The notes beneath the pieces are model-generated. The model had not been told where the DNA came from and made no database searches. It saw nothing but the letters and a program-made list of their open reading frames with translations. Source: Candidatus Levybacteria bacterium RIFCSPHIGHO2_01_FULL_41_15 (lineage in GTDB: Bacteria; Patescibacteriota; Microgenomatia; Levybacterales; UBA12049). From it: a stretch of 64,000 nucleotides of DNA. The position numbers and the translations under genes were made by a program. Below are positions 11,155 through 20,361 of this stretch, piece after piece (position 1 is the first letter of the stretch; the number at the start of each line of letters is the position of its first letter). The stretch lies in assembly GCA_001782165.1 (NCBI GenBank), contig MFNV01000005.1, forward strand, positions 545-64,544. Reading direction: 5' to 3'.

Positions 11155-11228
11155 TGGCCGATGAGGGATTCGAACCCCCGACTTCTTCAATGTGAATGAA
11201 GCGCTCTAACCAGCTGAGCTAATCGGCC
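11155..11228 (-). tRNA. tRNA-Val(CAC); CCA not encoded
   Basis: Reverse complement GGCCGATTAGCTCAGCTGGTTAGAGCGCTTCATTCACATTGAAGAAGTCGGGGGTTCGAATCCCTCATCGGCCA folds as a cloverleaf; anticodon stem CTTCA/TGAAG, loop TT-CAC-AT, T-loop TTCGAAT. Confidence 0.95.
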
Positions 11229-11331
11229 ATTGCAAGCGGGTTTTACCTTTAAATCATGCACCCACGAGCATATGTTATCACAGAATACTCTCATTGACAA
11301 AGGAAGCTAAATCTAAGACAATGTGAAATAC

Positions 11332-11886
11332 ATGGAAATAGTAAAAAAAATATATCTTTTTATCATTGACATTGCCCAAACGCTTCTTCTTGCCGCAGCT
11401 GTATTTCTTGTTGTTTATGTGTTTTTGTTTCGCCCTTTTCAAGTAAATGGGGACTCGATGTACCCAAATTTTACTGACAGAGAGTATGTTCTTACCAATA
11501 TAATAGCTCTTAATTTCGCGCCACCTAAAAAAAATGAGGTTGTTGTTTTTAAGGCACCACCAGATCCTGAGAAAGACTTTATAAAACGGGTCATTGCTAT
11601 CCCTCAAGACAAAATATCAATCAAGGATGGAAGTGTTTTTCTAAATGGGGAAAAGCTTGATGAATCAAAATACCTAAAACCAGATGTATTAACATACGCA
11701 GGATCGTTTCTTAAAGAAGGACAGGAAATAACAGTTCCTGAGAACAACTACTTTGTAATGGGTGACAATCGGAATTTCAGCTCTGATTCAAGAGAATGGG
11801 GATTTGTAAAAAGAGAAGATATTATCGGGAAATCTTTTTTCGTCTATTGGCCACCTGATAAAATAGGGATCGTTAAGATTCCTTAG
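11332..11886 (+). CDS. lepB: Signal peptidase I
   Basis: GDSMYP (Ser), FIKRVI (Lys), GDNRNFSSDSR. Start is 11332 (ATG) or 11323. Confidence 0.93.
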   Translation: MEIVKKIYLFIIDIAQTLLLAAAVFLVVYVFLFRPFQVNGDSMYPNFTDREYVLTNIIALNFAPPKKNEVVVFKAPPDPEKDFIKRVIAIPQDKISIKDGSVFLNGEKLDESKYLKPDVLTYAGSFLKEGQEITVPENNYFVMGDNRNFSSDSREWGFVKREDIIGKSFFVYWPPDKIGIVKIP

Positions 11887-12709
11887 CTATTTTAAGAAGA
11901 GCTTCGTAAATTTCTCTTATTTTTGGGGTAGTTTCTTCAATGTCTCCTCTTATTGCAATAACGATACGGGCAAGACTTCTTGACTGATATATTGTGACCT
12001 TATCAAGATCAAGCTTCTTTTCAAGATTTTTTGACATTTCATCAAGTTCAGGAACCCAAAGCCTGTCTGTTTGTGTCCGCGGCTCCTTTTTCTCAACCTC
12101 AATTTTCGTACGTCTTGCCATATCTTCAGTTTGACGAACAGTACTGTTTTCTTTTAGAATCTTCTTAAAAAGATCAAGTATCAGCTTCTGATCGCCTATA
12201 GAAACAAGAGGACGGACATGACCTTCTGTTATAACTCCAGCAACCAGAGCATCTTTGATAGCATCAGGAAGAGAAAGAAGTCTCATTGTATTTGAGACAG
12301 TAGGAGCGCTCTTGCCTACTCTTTTGGCAACCTCATTGGTACCCATGCCAAATTCATCTATGAGTCTTCTGTATGCCAAGGCTCTCTCTATGGGATTTAA
12401 ATCTTCTCTTTGAACATTCTCAACAATTGACATTTCAAGCATTTCCTGAGGAGTTGCATCTTTGATAACAACGGGGACCTTAGGAAGTCCTAAGATCTTT
12501 GCAGCCCTCCATCTTCTTTCTCCTGCTATGATCTGGTATCCTGCTGGAGTCTTTGCTACCACCAACGGCTCAAGAATCCCCTGCTCTCTTATTGAGTCCA
12601 CAAGTTCATTTAAAGATTCAGGGGAAATTACACTACGGGGCTGAAGAGGATTTGCCTGAAGGAAATTTACATCAAGCTCAAACACTTTTTCCTGATTTTG
12701 TTCATCCAT
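11873..12709 (-). CDS. parB: ParB/Spo0J partition protein
   Basis: NPLQPR, IIAGERRWRAA, ENVQREDLNPIE, HTH. Confidence 0.93.
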   Translation of the reverse strand: MDEQNQEKVFELDVNFLQANPLQPRSVISPESLNELVDSIREQGILEPLVVAKTPAGYQIIAGERRWRAAKILGLPKVPVVIKDATPQEMLEMSIVENVQREDLNPIERALAYRRLIDEFGMGTNEVAKRVGKSAPTVSNTMRLLSLPDAIKDALVAGVITEGHVRPLVSIGDQKLILDLFKKILKENSTVRQTEDMARRTKIEVEKKEPRTQTDRLWVPELDEMSKNLEKKLDLDKVTIYQSRSLARIVIAIRGDIEETTPKIREIYEALLKIAKES

Positions 12710-12711
12710 AA

Positions 12712-12963
12712 TTAAATCTTTAAAACTTCAATAAATTTCTTGCCTTTTAAGATTTTAAAAGAAACCATTCCGGAATCTAAAGCAAATATAGAATGGTCTT
12801 TCCCTATATCAACTCCCGCTCCCGGGAAAAACTTAGTCCCCCTCTGCCTTACTATAATATTGCCTGGCTTAACTTTATGTCCTTGATAAAGCTTAACGCC
12901 CAGCCGCTTTGCCCTAGAATCTCTGTTTCCTCTAACTGCCCCTTGTGCTTTTGTATGTGCCAT
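12712..12963 (-). CDS. rpmA: 50S ribosomal protein L27
   Basis: MAHTKAQG...[11 protein letters not shown]...[12 protein letters not shown]. Confidence 0.97.
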   Translation of the reverse strand: MAHTKAQGAVRGNRDSRAKRLGVKLYQGHKVKPGNIIVRQRGTKFFPGAGVDIGKDHSIFALDSGMVSFKILKGKKFIEVLKI

Positions 12964-13026
12964 ATTAATCTTGTGAAAAATCTACAATCATTTTATTGCC
13001 AGTCTTTGTCTAAGTCAAGAGCTAAT

Positions 13027-13410
13027 TTAAGAAGTTTTTCCTTTCTTGACAATCTTTTTTAATCGAGATTTCTTGTCTGACTTTTCCATCTTTCCTTGCC
13101 AAGTTATATCCTCGATCATAATTTTTGTAAAGTGCGGACGAAAACTCGCACGCCTTCTGTATCTTGATTTTGATTTGAATTTTCCTACTTTTATCTTTTT
13201 CCCTTTTATTTGATCTACTATCTTTGCCCTCACTTGAGCGTTGGCAACATTGGGTTTTCCTATTTTAATCTCTCCATTGTCTACCAAAAGAAGAACATCA
13301 TTGAAAACAAGTTGATTTTCTTTATCTTGCTCTATATTATCAATCTGAATTATCGATCCCTTACTTACTTTGTACTGTTTGCCTCCGGTTCTTATTACGG
13401 CGTACTGCAT
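13027..13410 (-). CDS. rplU: 50S ribosomal protein L21 with Lys-rich C-terminal extension
   Basis: YAVIRTGGKQYKV N-terminus; adjacent to rpmA. Confidence 0.95.
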   Translation of the reverse strand: MQYAVIRTGGKQYKVSKGSIIQIDNIEQDKENQLVFNDVLLLVDNGEIKIGKPNVANAQVRAKIVDQIKGKKIKVGKFKSKSRYRRRASFRPHFTKIMIEDITWQGKMEKSDKKSRLKKIVKKGKTS

Positions 13411-13433
13411 AGCTTCCGATTATAGCAGACATT

Positions 13434-14513
13434 CTACTTAATTTCCAGAACTTCCTTCCTTTCAAATTTTTTACTTATGGAAGACAAAAAACCTAAGAGA
13501 ATAAAATTTGATAAAAGGGAGCTTCCTCCATATGAAACAAAAGGAAGAGAAACTCCAACAATCGGCATAAGTCCTATATTCATTCCCACATTCGTAAGAA
13601 ACTCAGTTGAAAGGAGAAAAAAAGAACATACCGCAAATATCCTGAGAAACATGTCGTCTGAATCATTTGAGATAACGATAATTCTGTATAAAAGAAACGA
13701 AAAAGTTAAAACTATAATCAATCCCCCTACAAAGCCTAATTCCTCAGACAGAGTAGCAAAAATAAAATCTGTGTGTCTTTCCGGCAAAAATCTTAAAAGA
13801 GACTGGGTACCTTGCCCTAGGCCTTTTCCTAAAAACATTCCTGATCCCACTGCAATAATAGATTGAATAGCATTATAGGAAGAACCAAGAGGGTCCACCC
13901 TAAACTTAAAAAATATCAAAAGCCTCTCTTTTTGGTAATCTTTAAGAAAAGTCCACAGCAGGGGAAAAAACAGAACACTGGTAAGAGCTGAGAAAATAAA
14001 ATATCTTAATGGGAAAGCGAATGCAAACAGAGTTAAGAGTACAGTAAAAAAATAAATAAGGGCATTACCTAAATCAGGCTGAAGAAAAATAAGAAAAAAT
14101 ATTGGGAAAAGCAAAGCAAGAATAGTAAAAAAAATTTTAAAAGACCGACCGCTTTTTTCTGAAATAAAAACTGCTAAAGAAAGCATAAGAAACGGTTTTA
14201 ATATCTCTGAGAATTGAGCCCTAAATCCCAAAAAATCAATCCATCTTACAGAACCTCTGCTTTCTACTCCCAAAAGAATAACTATAAAAAGAATAAGTAT
14301 CGAGCCGATATAAATAGATAGAGAATAATTTTTAAAATTATAGAGGTTCGCCTGCGAGAAAAAAACAAAACCTAAAAGAGAAACTGCAAAAAAGACAACC
14401 TGAGAACGAAACAATGATAAATTTATTGAAAAAATTCCGGAAAGACCCAAAAATACCAACACAATTGCGGGTATCAAAAGCCCCCAGTCGATTTTAAGAA
14501 AAGAACTTCTCAC
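13434..14513 (-). CDS. rodA: Rod shape-determining SEDS protein RodA
   Basis: LQPDLG, YNAIQSIIAVGSG, FLPERHTDFIF, LPFVSYGGSS. Confidence 0.9.
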   Translation of the reverse strand: MRSSFLKIDWGLLIPAIVLVFLGLSGIFSINLSLFRSQVVFFAVSLLGFVFFSQANLYNFKNYSLSIYIGSILILFIVILLGVESRGSVRWIDFLGFRAQFSEILKPFLMLSLAVFISEKSGRSFKIFFTILALLFPIFFLIFLQPDLGNALIYFFTVLLTLFAFAFPLRYFIFSALTSVLFFPLLWTFLKDYQKERLLIFFKFRVDPLGSSYNAIQSIIAVGSGMFLGKGLGQGTQSLLRFLPERHTDFIFATLSEELGFVGGLIIVLTFSFLLYRIIVISNDSDDMFLRIFAVCSFFLLSTEFLTNVGMNIGLMPIVGVSLPFVSYGGSSLLSNFILLGFLSSISKKFERKEVLEIK

Positions 14514-17317
14514 AAAAGGGAAATTTTAAAGCTGTCTCCTTTTTCAACTTTTTCAACAAGAGCCCTTTTCTTAATATAATCTTCAAAATTTTTTGGAAAG
14601 TAAGGCAATACTACATTCACTTTCTGATCAAGCTTGGTTCCAAGTTTTTTTCTCTCCTCCTGAATCATCCGAACTATATCTCTTGCTTGCCCTTCCTCCT
14701 TAAGTTCGGGAGTTATTTCCGTATCAAGATGCACTTCAAGCTTCCCTTTTCCCAAACTCATTTCAATATTTTTAATATTTACTTCATCCCTGATTACCTT
14801 AAGAATTCCCCCCCTAATTTTTAATTCTGAATTCTTAATTTTTAATTCTTTCAAAGGTTGCCTTACTTTAATCCCTGCCTCTTTTCTCCTGGAGAGCGAA
14901 AGCTCAACAATCTGTCTTGCAACATCCATCTCCCTCTCTAAGTTTTCGTCTACTAATCTCTCATTGTATTTTGGCCAGTATTCCAGATGAACTGACTGCC
15001 TATCTGTAAGGTTTCTATAGATCTCCTCGGACAAAAATGGGGCAATGGGAGCAAGTATCTTTGAGAAGACAATTAAAACTTCATAGCAAGTTTTATAAAA
15101 GCTGCTTTTATCTTCCTTGCTTTCTAATAAAATACCTACCCTACTTCTACTTCTTCTTATATACCAGTTAGAAAAATCCTCAACAAATTTATTAAGTTCT
15201 GAAATTGCAGAAACAGTATCGTAGTTATTCAAATTTTCTGTTATTTTCTTTATGACCTTATTGAGACTAGACAAAATCCATCTGTCTAAAACATTATTGG
15301 ACTTGTTATTTTTCTCAGGTGTCCATTTATCCAAAAGTGCATAGCTTATAAAAAAATTATATATATTCCATAAGGTAAGAATTAATCCTTTAAGCTGATT
15401 CCTGTATTGCTCTTCGGATATCAAAATATCTTCTCCATGCATAACCGGACTACCCATAAGATATAGTCTTAAAGCATCTCCCCCATATTCAAGAAGAAGT
15501 TTCTTGGGATCAGGGTAATTGCCATAGTTTTTGCTCATTTTTCTTCCATCTGTCCCTAGGATTACACCCTCGACAACAACATTCTTAAAAGCATTTGATT
15601 TATACAAAGCGCCTCCTATTATATGAAGCACGTAAAACCAGGCCCTTATTTGACCTGTGTATTCTGCAATAAAATCAGGAGGAAAAAAGTCTGAGAGTTT
15701 CTCTTTTTTATTAAATGGATAATGTCTCTCTGCAAACGATGCAGAACCTGCTTCTATCCAGCTATCTAAGACCTCCGAAACCCTATGAGCGTTTCTCCCA
15801 CATTTCCTACATTTAACCGTTATTTCATCAATTAAAGGCTTGTGTAAGTCTTCAATTTTTTTTTCTGATTCATCCTCTAGTTCTTTTATAGACCTAGGCA
15901 CAAACCTTTGCCCGCATTCACATTCCCAAACAGGAACAGGAGATCCCCAGTATCTATTTCTTGAAATATTCCAGTCTGGCGCATTCTCAAGGCTCTTTAA
16001 AAATCTTCCGTATTTAAAATGTTTTGGAAACCAGTTAACTTTTTCGTTGGTTTTTTTAAGAAGGGTTTTTAACCCTTGCACATTAACATACCATGCGTCT
16101 ATGGGAGAATAGTAAAGACGAGTATGGCATCTCCAACAGAGAGCTACACTATGTTTTTCTCTCTTGTCACTATAGATTAAGCCTCTTTTTTTTAAATCTT
16201 CATTGACTGCCTTATTTGCGGCAAGATAATACATTCCGCCGAATTTTGGCACATTAGAAAAAATATTTCCTTCTTCATCTAGATGTTTTTCTATATGAAT
16301 TTTCTGTTCTTGCATCACCTTTAAATCTTCTTCTCCATATACAGCAATTGTTACAGCTCCTGTGCCTTCTTCGGATGACACAAAATTTCCTCCAACTATT
16401 TCAAACATCTTTTCTCCGGGTTCTGCCGGATAGTAATCGTAATGGGGCTCAAACTTCTCTCCCACAAGATCTTTACCCTCAAACTCGCTTATAATCTCGT
16501 AGGGTTTGTTTCCAAGCATTTTAATCCTCGATTTGGCAAGAATAAAGAACTCTCCCTCTTGTTTAACTTTTAAATAGGTGAGCTTGGGATTAACGGCAAG
16601 AGCGGGGGTTACGATTTTATTCCAGGGGGTAGTCGACCAAGCAAGGATAAATGTATTCTCTTCATTTCTAAGTTTATACTTATATACCGTGGTCGGGTCT
16701 TCAACGTCTTTATAGTTATCGGCATCCATAGCAACCTCAAAATTTGAAATTGGCGTTGCGCAATGAGGACAGTAAAGGGTAACCCGAAGCCCTTTATAAA
16801 CATATCCCTTATCATACATTTGTTTGAAGACCCACATAACCGATTCCATGTAATCTTTGTCCCATGTTTTGTAAGCATTTTTAAAATCGACCCACCTGCC
16901 GATATGCTCGACGTACCATTCCCATTCTTCTGATACCTCATTAACATATTTTCTGCATTCATCGATAAATTTTTCAATTCCTATCTTGTCCTCTATGTCT
17001 TTTTTTCTTTTTATATTAAGTTTTTCTTCAACCTTGTTCTCAGTTGGAAGTCCGTGGCCGTCCCATCCCCAAACTCTTCTTACTCTATAGCCCTTCATCG
17101 TCATAAACCTTGCGAAGACATCCTTTGGAATGCTTGAGAGAAGCGAACCATAGTGGGGAACTCCAGTTACAAAGGGAGGGCCATCAAGAAACGTCCACTT
17201 CTTCTCCTCGGGTCTTGATTCTATAGATTTTTCAAATATTTTATTTTTTTTCCAATATTTAAGAATTTCTTCCTCCATTTGGGGAAAATTTACATTGGGA
17301 TTTACGGGTTTAAACAT
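14510..17317 (-). CDS. ileS: Isoleucine-tRNA ligase (IleRS2/eukaryote-like type)
   Basis: DGPPF, GWDGHGLP, WSTTPW, DWNISRNRYWG, KMSK; C-terminal EEGQARDIVRMIQ domain of type 2. Confidence 0.95.
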   Translation of the reverse strand: MFKPVNPNVNFPQMEEEILKYWKKNKIFEKSIESRPEEKKWTFLDGPPFVTGVPHYGSLLSSIPKDVFARFMTMKGYRVRRVWGWDGHGLPTENKVEEKLNIKRKKDIEDKIGIEKFIDECRKYVNEVSEEWEWYVEHIGRWVDFKNAYKTWDKDYMESVMWVFKQMYDKGYVYKGLRVTLYCPHCATPISNFEVAMDADNYKDVEDPTTVYKYKLRNEENTFILAWSTTPWNKIVTPALAVNPKLTYLKVKQEGEFFILAKSRIKMLGNKPYEIISEFEGKDLVGEKFEPHYDYYPAEPGEKMFEIVGGNFVSSEEGTGAVTIAVYGEEDLKVMQEQKIHIEKHLDEEGNIFSNVPKFGGMYYLAANKAVNEDLKKRGLIYSDKREKHSVALCWRCHTRLYYSPIDAWYVNVQGLKTLLKKTNEKVNWFPKHFKYGRFLKSLENAPDWNISRNRYWGSPVPVWECECGQRFVPRSIKELEDESEKKIEDLHKPLIDEITVKCRKCGRNAHRVSEVLDSWIEAGSASFAERHYPFNKKEKLSDFFPPDFIAEYTGQIRAWFYVLHIIGGALYKSNAFKNVVVEGVILGTDGRKMSKNYGNYPDPKKLLLEYGGDALRLYLMGSPVMHGEDILISEEQYRNQLKGLILTLWNIYNFFISYALLDKWTPEKNNKSNNVLDRWILSSLNKVIKKITENLNNYDTVSAISELNKFVEDFSNWYIRRSRSRVGILLESKEDKSSFYKTCYEVLIVFSKILAPIAPFLSEEIYRNLTDRQSVHLEYWPKYNERLVDENLEREMDVARQIVELSLSRRKEAGIKVRQPLKELKIKNSELKIRGGILKVIRDEVNIKNIEMSLGKGKLEVHLDTEITPELKEEGQARDIVRMIQEERKKLGTKLDQKVNVVLPYFPKNFEDYIKKRALVEKVEKGDSFKISLL

Positions 17318-17378
17318 AAAATTAATTCTAGCTTAAAATGGAGTTGACTTCAAGAATACCTAATATTTTAAGAATGAT

Positions 17379-17966
17379 TTAGTGAGTTTGATAATAGAAT
17401 GGTTCATTACCCTTCTTCCACTTAATATTGCATCCTATGCTTGGTTTTTGAATAGGGTTAACTCGTCTATCCTCAAAAATTGAATCTATTGCGGATTTTA
17501 AATCCTTTCCTGTAACAGGTACGCCGTTTCCCGGTCTTGAATCATCAAGTTGCCCTCGGTAAACCAATTTTCTATCTTTATCAAAGAGAAAAAAATCCGG
17601 AGTACACGCGGCAGTATATGCTTTTGCTGTTTTTTGAGACTCATCATAGCAATATGGAAATGCAAAACCTAGATCTTGCGCCATCTCTTTTAAGCTTTCT
17701 GGCGCATCCTCCGGGTACAAACTTGCATCATTTGCGCTTATCGCAACAATTCCTATATCTTTATCTTTATAACCATGTCCAATTTCTGCTATTTCTTCCC
17801 TCACGTGCTGGACATACGGACAATGCCTGGAGATAAACATCACCAAAAATGCCTTTTTGTCTTTAAAAGTTTTAAGAGAAATCAAATTCCCCGATACAAC
17901 ATCTTTTAAACTAAAATCGAAAGCTTTTGTTCCCAACTCAAGCATAGTGGAAGGTGTAACAGCCAT
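17379..17966 (-). CDS. Thioredoxin/AhpC-TSA (peroxiredoxin-like) family protein
   Basis: HCPYV, AACTPDFFLFD, YRGQLDDSRP, PSIGCNIKW. Confidence 0.85.
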   Translation of the reverse strand: MAVTPSTMLELGTKAFDFSLKDVVSGNLISLKTFKDKKAFLVMFISRHCPYVQHVREEIAEIGHGYKDKDIGIVAISANDASLYPEDAPESLKEMAQDLGFAFPYCYDESQKTAKAYTAACTPDFFLFDKDRKLVYRGQLDDSRPGNGVPVTGKDLKSAIDSIFEDRRVNPIQKPSIGCNIKWKKGNEPFYYQTH

Positions 17967-17974
17967 ATCCCTGA

Positions 17975-18409
17975 TTATATCATTTTGTCTAATTTATGGG
18001 CTTGGTCGAGGCTTTCTTCGTCAAATTTTGTCAAAAACCAGACATCAATTATCTCTTTTGCAACTTGTTCAGAGGTCGCTCTAAGACTCATACATAAAAC
18101 ATTTGCGTCATCCCATTTCCTAGCAAGTCTTGTAGTTTCAGAATCCCAGCACGAAGCTGCCCTAATGCCTTTTACTTTATTTGCCGCCATACAAATCCCT
18201 GTTCCGCTCCAACAAAACAGAATCCCCTGATCAACTTTTGCTTTTGAAACTAATTCAGCAGCTTCTATACCGATATCAACCCATTTCCATTTCTTCCTTT
18301 TATCGATCAGGTCTCCTAAATAAGTAAGCTTATGACCTTTATCTTTAAGATATTTAATAACAAAATCCGTAAGACCTGTTCTCTCATCGCTTGCGACCAC
18401 AATTTTCAT
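17975..18409 (-). CDS. rpiB: RpiB/LacA/LacB sugar-phosphate isomerase
   Basis: ASDE, GILFCWSGTGICMAANKVKGIRAA, DANVLC. Confidence 0.85.
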   Translation of the reverse strand: MKIVVASDERTGLTDFVIKYLKDKGHKLTYLGDLIDKRKKWKWVDIGIEAAELVSKAKVDQGILFCWSGTGICMAANKVKGIRAASCWDSETTRLARKWDDANVLCMSLRATSEQVAKEIIDVWFLTKFDEESLDQAHKLDKMI

Positions 18410-18448
18410 AGGAACTTTATTCCAAAACTATAAAAACGTTTAAACCAT

Positions 18449-18874
18449 TTATTTTAATTTCTTCCACATGAAGATATAAGGTTTTTTTCTTGTTTGATAA
18501 CCTCGCTTAAAATAATATTTCTGGAGTTCTTTCTTTTTAGAATCTACGAAAAATCCTATCTCCTTGGCTTTACTTTTGCAGGCACTATCTTCAGCGTACT
18601 CTAGAAGTTTTGTCCCAACACCTTTATTCCTATGATCCTTTCTAACAGCCAGACGAAAAAGTAAGCTAACCTCTGATCCATGAGGAGAAATAATTATGTT
18701 TCCAATAACTTTATTATCAACAACTGCAACCAATATTGATTTTGGATTTTTCTTTATTATTGAATTAAAATTCTCCTTACTGTCCCACAGAGAGTCAAAC
18801 ATATCTGCTTCTTGAAGAATAGATTTAATGAAGGGGTAATCGGACTCTACATAGGGTCTTATTTGAAATTGCAT
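18449..18874 (-). CDS. GNAT family N-acetyltransferase
   Basis: LAVRKDHRNKGVGTKLL acetyl-CoA motif A; YFKRGY. Confidence 0.85.
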   Translation of the reverse strand: MQFQIRPYVESDYPFIKSILQEADMFDSLWDSKENFNSIIKKNPKSILVAVVDNKVIGNIIISPHGSEVSLLFRLAVRKDHRNKGVGTKLLEYAEDSACKSKAKEIGFFVDSKKKELQKYYFKRGYQTRKKPYIFMWKKLK

Positions 18875-18910
18875 AACCAGATTATATCAAACAAGAGTTT
18901 ATTAATCATT

Positions 18911-18940
18911 AAAGTTGGAGGTTGTTAAAGTTGGAGGTTG
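18911..18940. repeat. 14-bp direct repeat AAAGTTGGAGGTTG x2
   Basis: Copies at 18911-18924 and 18927-18940. Confidence 0.7.
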
Positions 18941-18977
18941 AACCTTGATTATCCTACTGTTGTAATCTAAGCCCTGC

Positions 18978-19022
18978 TTAGTTTCTCTGTCTTAGGAATG
19001 CGGGGATGTCTAAGTCAAACAT
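18978..19022 (-). CDS. 14-aa small ORF MFDLDIPAFLRQRN, a copy of the FtsZ C-terminal conserved peptide spanning the element's att site
   Basis: Manual translation; FtsZ here ends VFEIPAFLRQKN. Upstream TTGACC-17-TATATT promoter. Expression unproven. Confidence 0.55.
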   Translation of the reverse strand: MFDLDIPAFLRQRN

Positions 19023-19061
19023 TGTTCTCAGCTTCAATTCTTACTAAAAACACCTGATAAG

Positions 19062-19090
19062 AATATAGACTTTTTAAGATAAAAGGTCAA
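19062..19090 (-). promoter_or_regulatory. Sigma70-like promoter pointing out of the element toward the FtsZ-tail small ORF
   Basis: Minus strand TTGACC-ttttatcttaaaaagtc(17)-TATATT. Confidence 0.6.
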
Positions 19091-19131
19091 GAGACTGAAG
19101 AATTTACGTGATTTTGTAAGGTAAATTTACT

Positions 19132-19554
19132 CTAGTAAAGGGAAAAATATAAAAGAGGAAGTCCAACCCAAGGCAAAAAAGATGTTATATAATATAAGGC
19201 GTTCTTTTTCATTAAATCAGGGTCAACTTTTCTACCATGTTTTATTTCCCACAACAAGTCCGGCAACCTTCCTGCCATAATAATTAAAGCTACAGCTAAA
19301 ACACCTATATTCCAAAAGTGAAATAAAGCATAAGAGAAGGCTATAATAAGAACTAGAGCTATAATATTTATAGCTTTATCTGCTTTTTTAGATTTTGCAA
19401 TTTCTTTTTTTAGAAAATCATGCTCTGTTTCTTTTTCAAGTTTATCAAGCTCTGGATTTGTGAACAGTCCCCTAACCAACAGACCCAAAAGGTTTACGCT
19501 TGCATACATCAGTATTAAGAAAAATACGATAGTTATTAAGATGTTAACCAACAT
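19132..19554 (-). CDS. Hypothetical membrane protein (element cargo)
   Basis: 140-aa ORF with about 4 hydrophobic helices. Confidence 0.7.
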   Translation of the reverse strand: MLVNILITIVFFLILMYASVNLLGLLVRGLFTNPELDKLEKETEHDFLKKEIAKSKKADKAINIIALVLIIAFSYALFHFWNIGVLAVALIIMAGRLPDLLWEIKHGRKVDPDLMKKNALYYITSFLPWVGLPLLYFSLY

Positions 19555-19614
19555 AATTTTTTTATACTCTTTTTATGGTCAAAAAGCAATTTCGGTAAAT
19601 GCTACAATATCAAT

Positions 19615-19998
19615 ATGTCAAAACTTTCGCCGGATGAGAAATGGAAAAGGTTTAATCAAAAACTTGAGGAGTTAATGAAATCTAATGACTTTTATGGGCT
19701 GGGGGTAGTTTATCAAGAGATGGCTAACTTCTTGGATAAAGAAGGTAAAAGTTCAAAAGAAATACGAGATAAAGCCTACAAGATGAAACTTCAGCATCAA
19801 CAAGATTATATTAAAAGTTTAATAAATTCTCAGGTTGCTAAAGGCGTTGAGATACTCTGTGCTGTTGACAGTTGTGAAAGTTGCAAAGCATTAGACGGAA
19901 AAACATTTGATTTCAAGAAAGCTTTAGATAGCTCACCTCTACCAAAAAGAGAGTGTAAACATAAATACGGGTGTAGGTGCACTTATCTTCCTCTGTAG
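19615..19998 (+). CDS. Hypothetical protein with C-terminal Cys/His cluster (putative Zn-binding)
   Basis: CAVDSCESC...ECKHKYGCRCTY; TGcTACAAT 6 nt before the ATG. Confidence 0.7.
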   Translation: MSKLSPDEKWKRFNQKLEELMKSNDFYGLGVVYQEMANFLDKEGKSSKEIRDKAYKMKLQHQQDYIKSLINSQVAKGVEILCAVDSCESCKALDGKTFDFKKALDSSPLPKRECKHKYGCRCTYLPL

Positions 19999-20016
19999 AA
20001 GTGATATAATATAAGT

Positions 20017-20319
20017 ATGGAATATCTTGAGGTTTTGCAAGAAATAAAAAGAGTTCATCAGGAAGTATCCCATTTATATTCACCGCATCAAATTCCCTCT
20101 TATCATCTACCTCAAGGGGCAGGAACTTATATAGATGCTATTGCAAAAGCTAGAGAGAACGCAAGAACACAAGCAGATATAAACAGATACTTGGTAGCTG
20201 AACTATTCTTTAAGGACTTTATTGACCCGAGAGGAGAATACGAAACAACAAAAGCTTTTAATGCACTTGAAAAGAAGCTAAAAGAAGACTCACTATATCG
20301 CGGTTGGGTCATGATTTAG
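20017..20319 (+). CDS. Hypothetical protein (element cargo)
   Basis: 100-aa ORF with TGaTATAAT 6 nt before the ATG. Confidence 0.65.
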   Translation: MEYLEVLQEIKRVHQEVSHLYSPHQIPSYHLPQGAGTYIDAIAKARENARTQADINRYLVAELFFKDFIDPRGEYETTKAFNALEKKLKEDSLYRGWVMI

Positions 20320-20361
20320 TTATATTAATCCATTTTTTTAAGAAGAAAGGTCAAGAAGCAA

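Noticed and set aside
11143-11190. N-terminal extension of the GT4 ORF
   Set aside because: Overlaps tRNA-Val; MKILFF at 11142 is the typical start.
11155-11228. tRNA-Val as attachment site for the integrase element
   Set aside because: No copy of its 3' end was seen near 19-25 kb; the ftsZ repeat explains the element boundaries.
13007-13018. 12-bp identity TGTCTAAGTCAA with 19007-19018
   Set aside because: Here it is the -35 of the rpmA promoter (TTGACT-17-TAAAAT); at 19 kb there is no matching -10. Probably chance.
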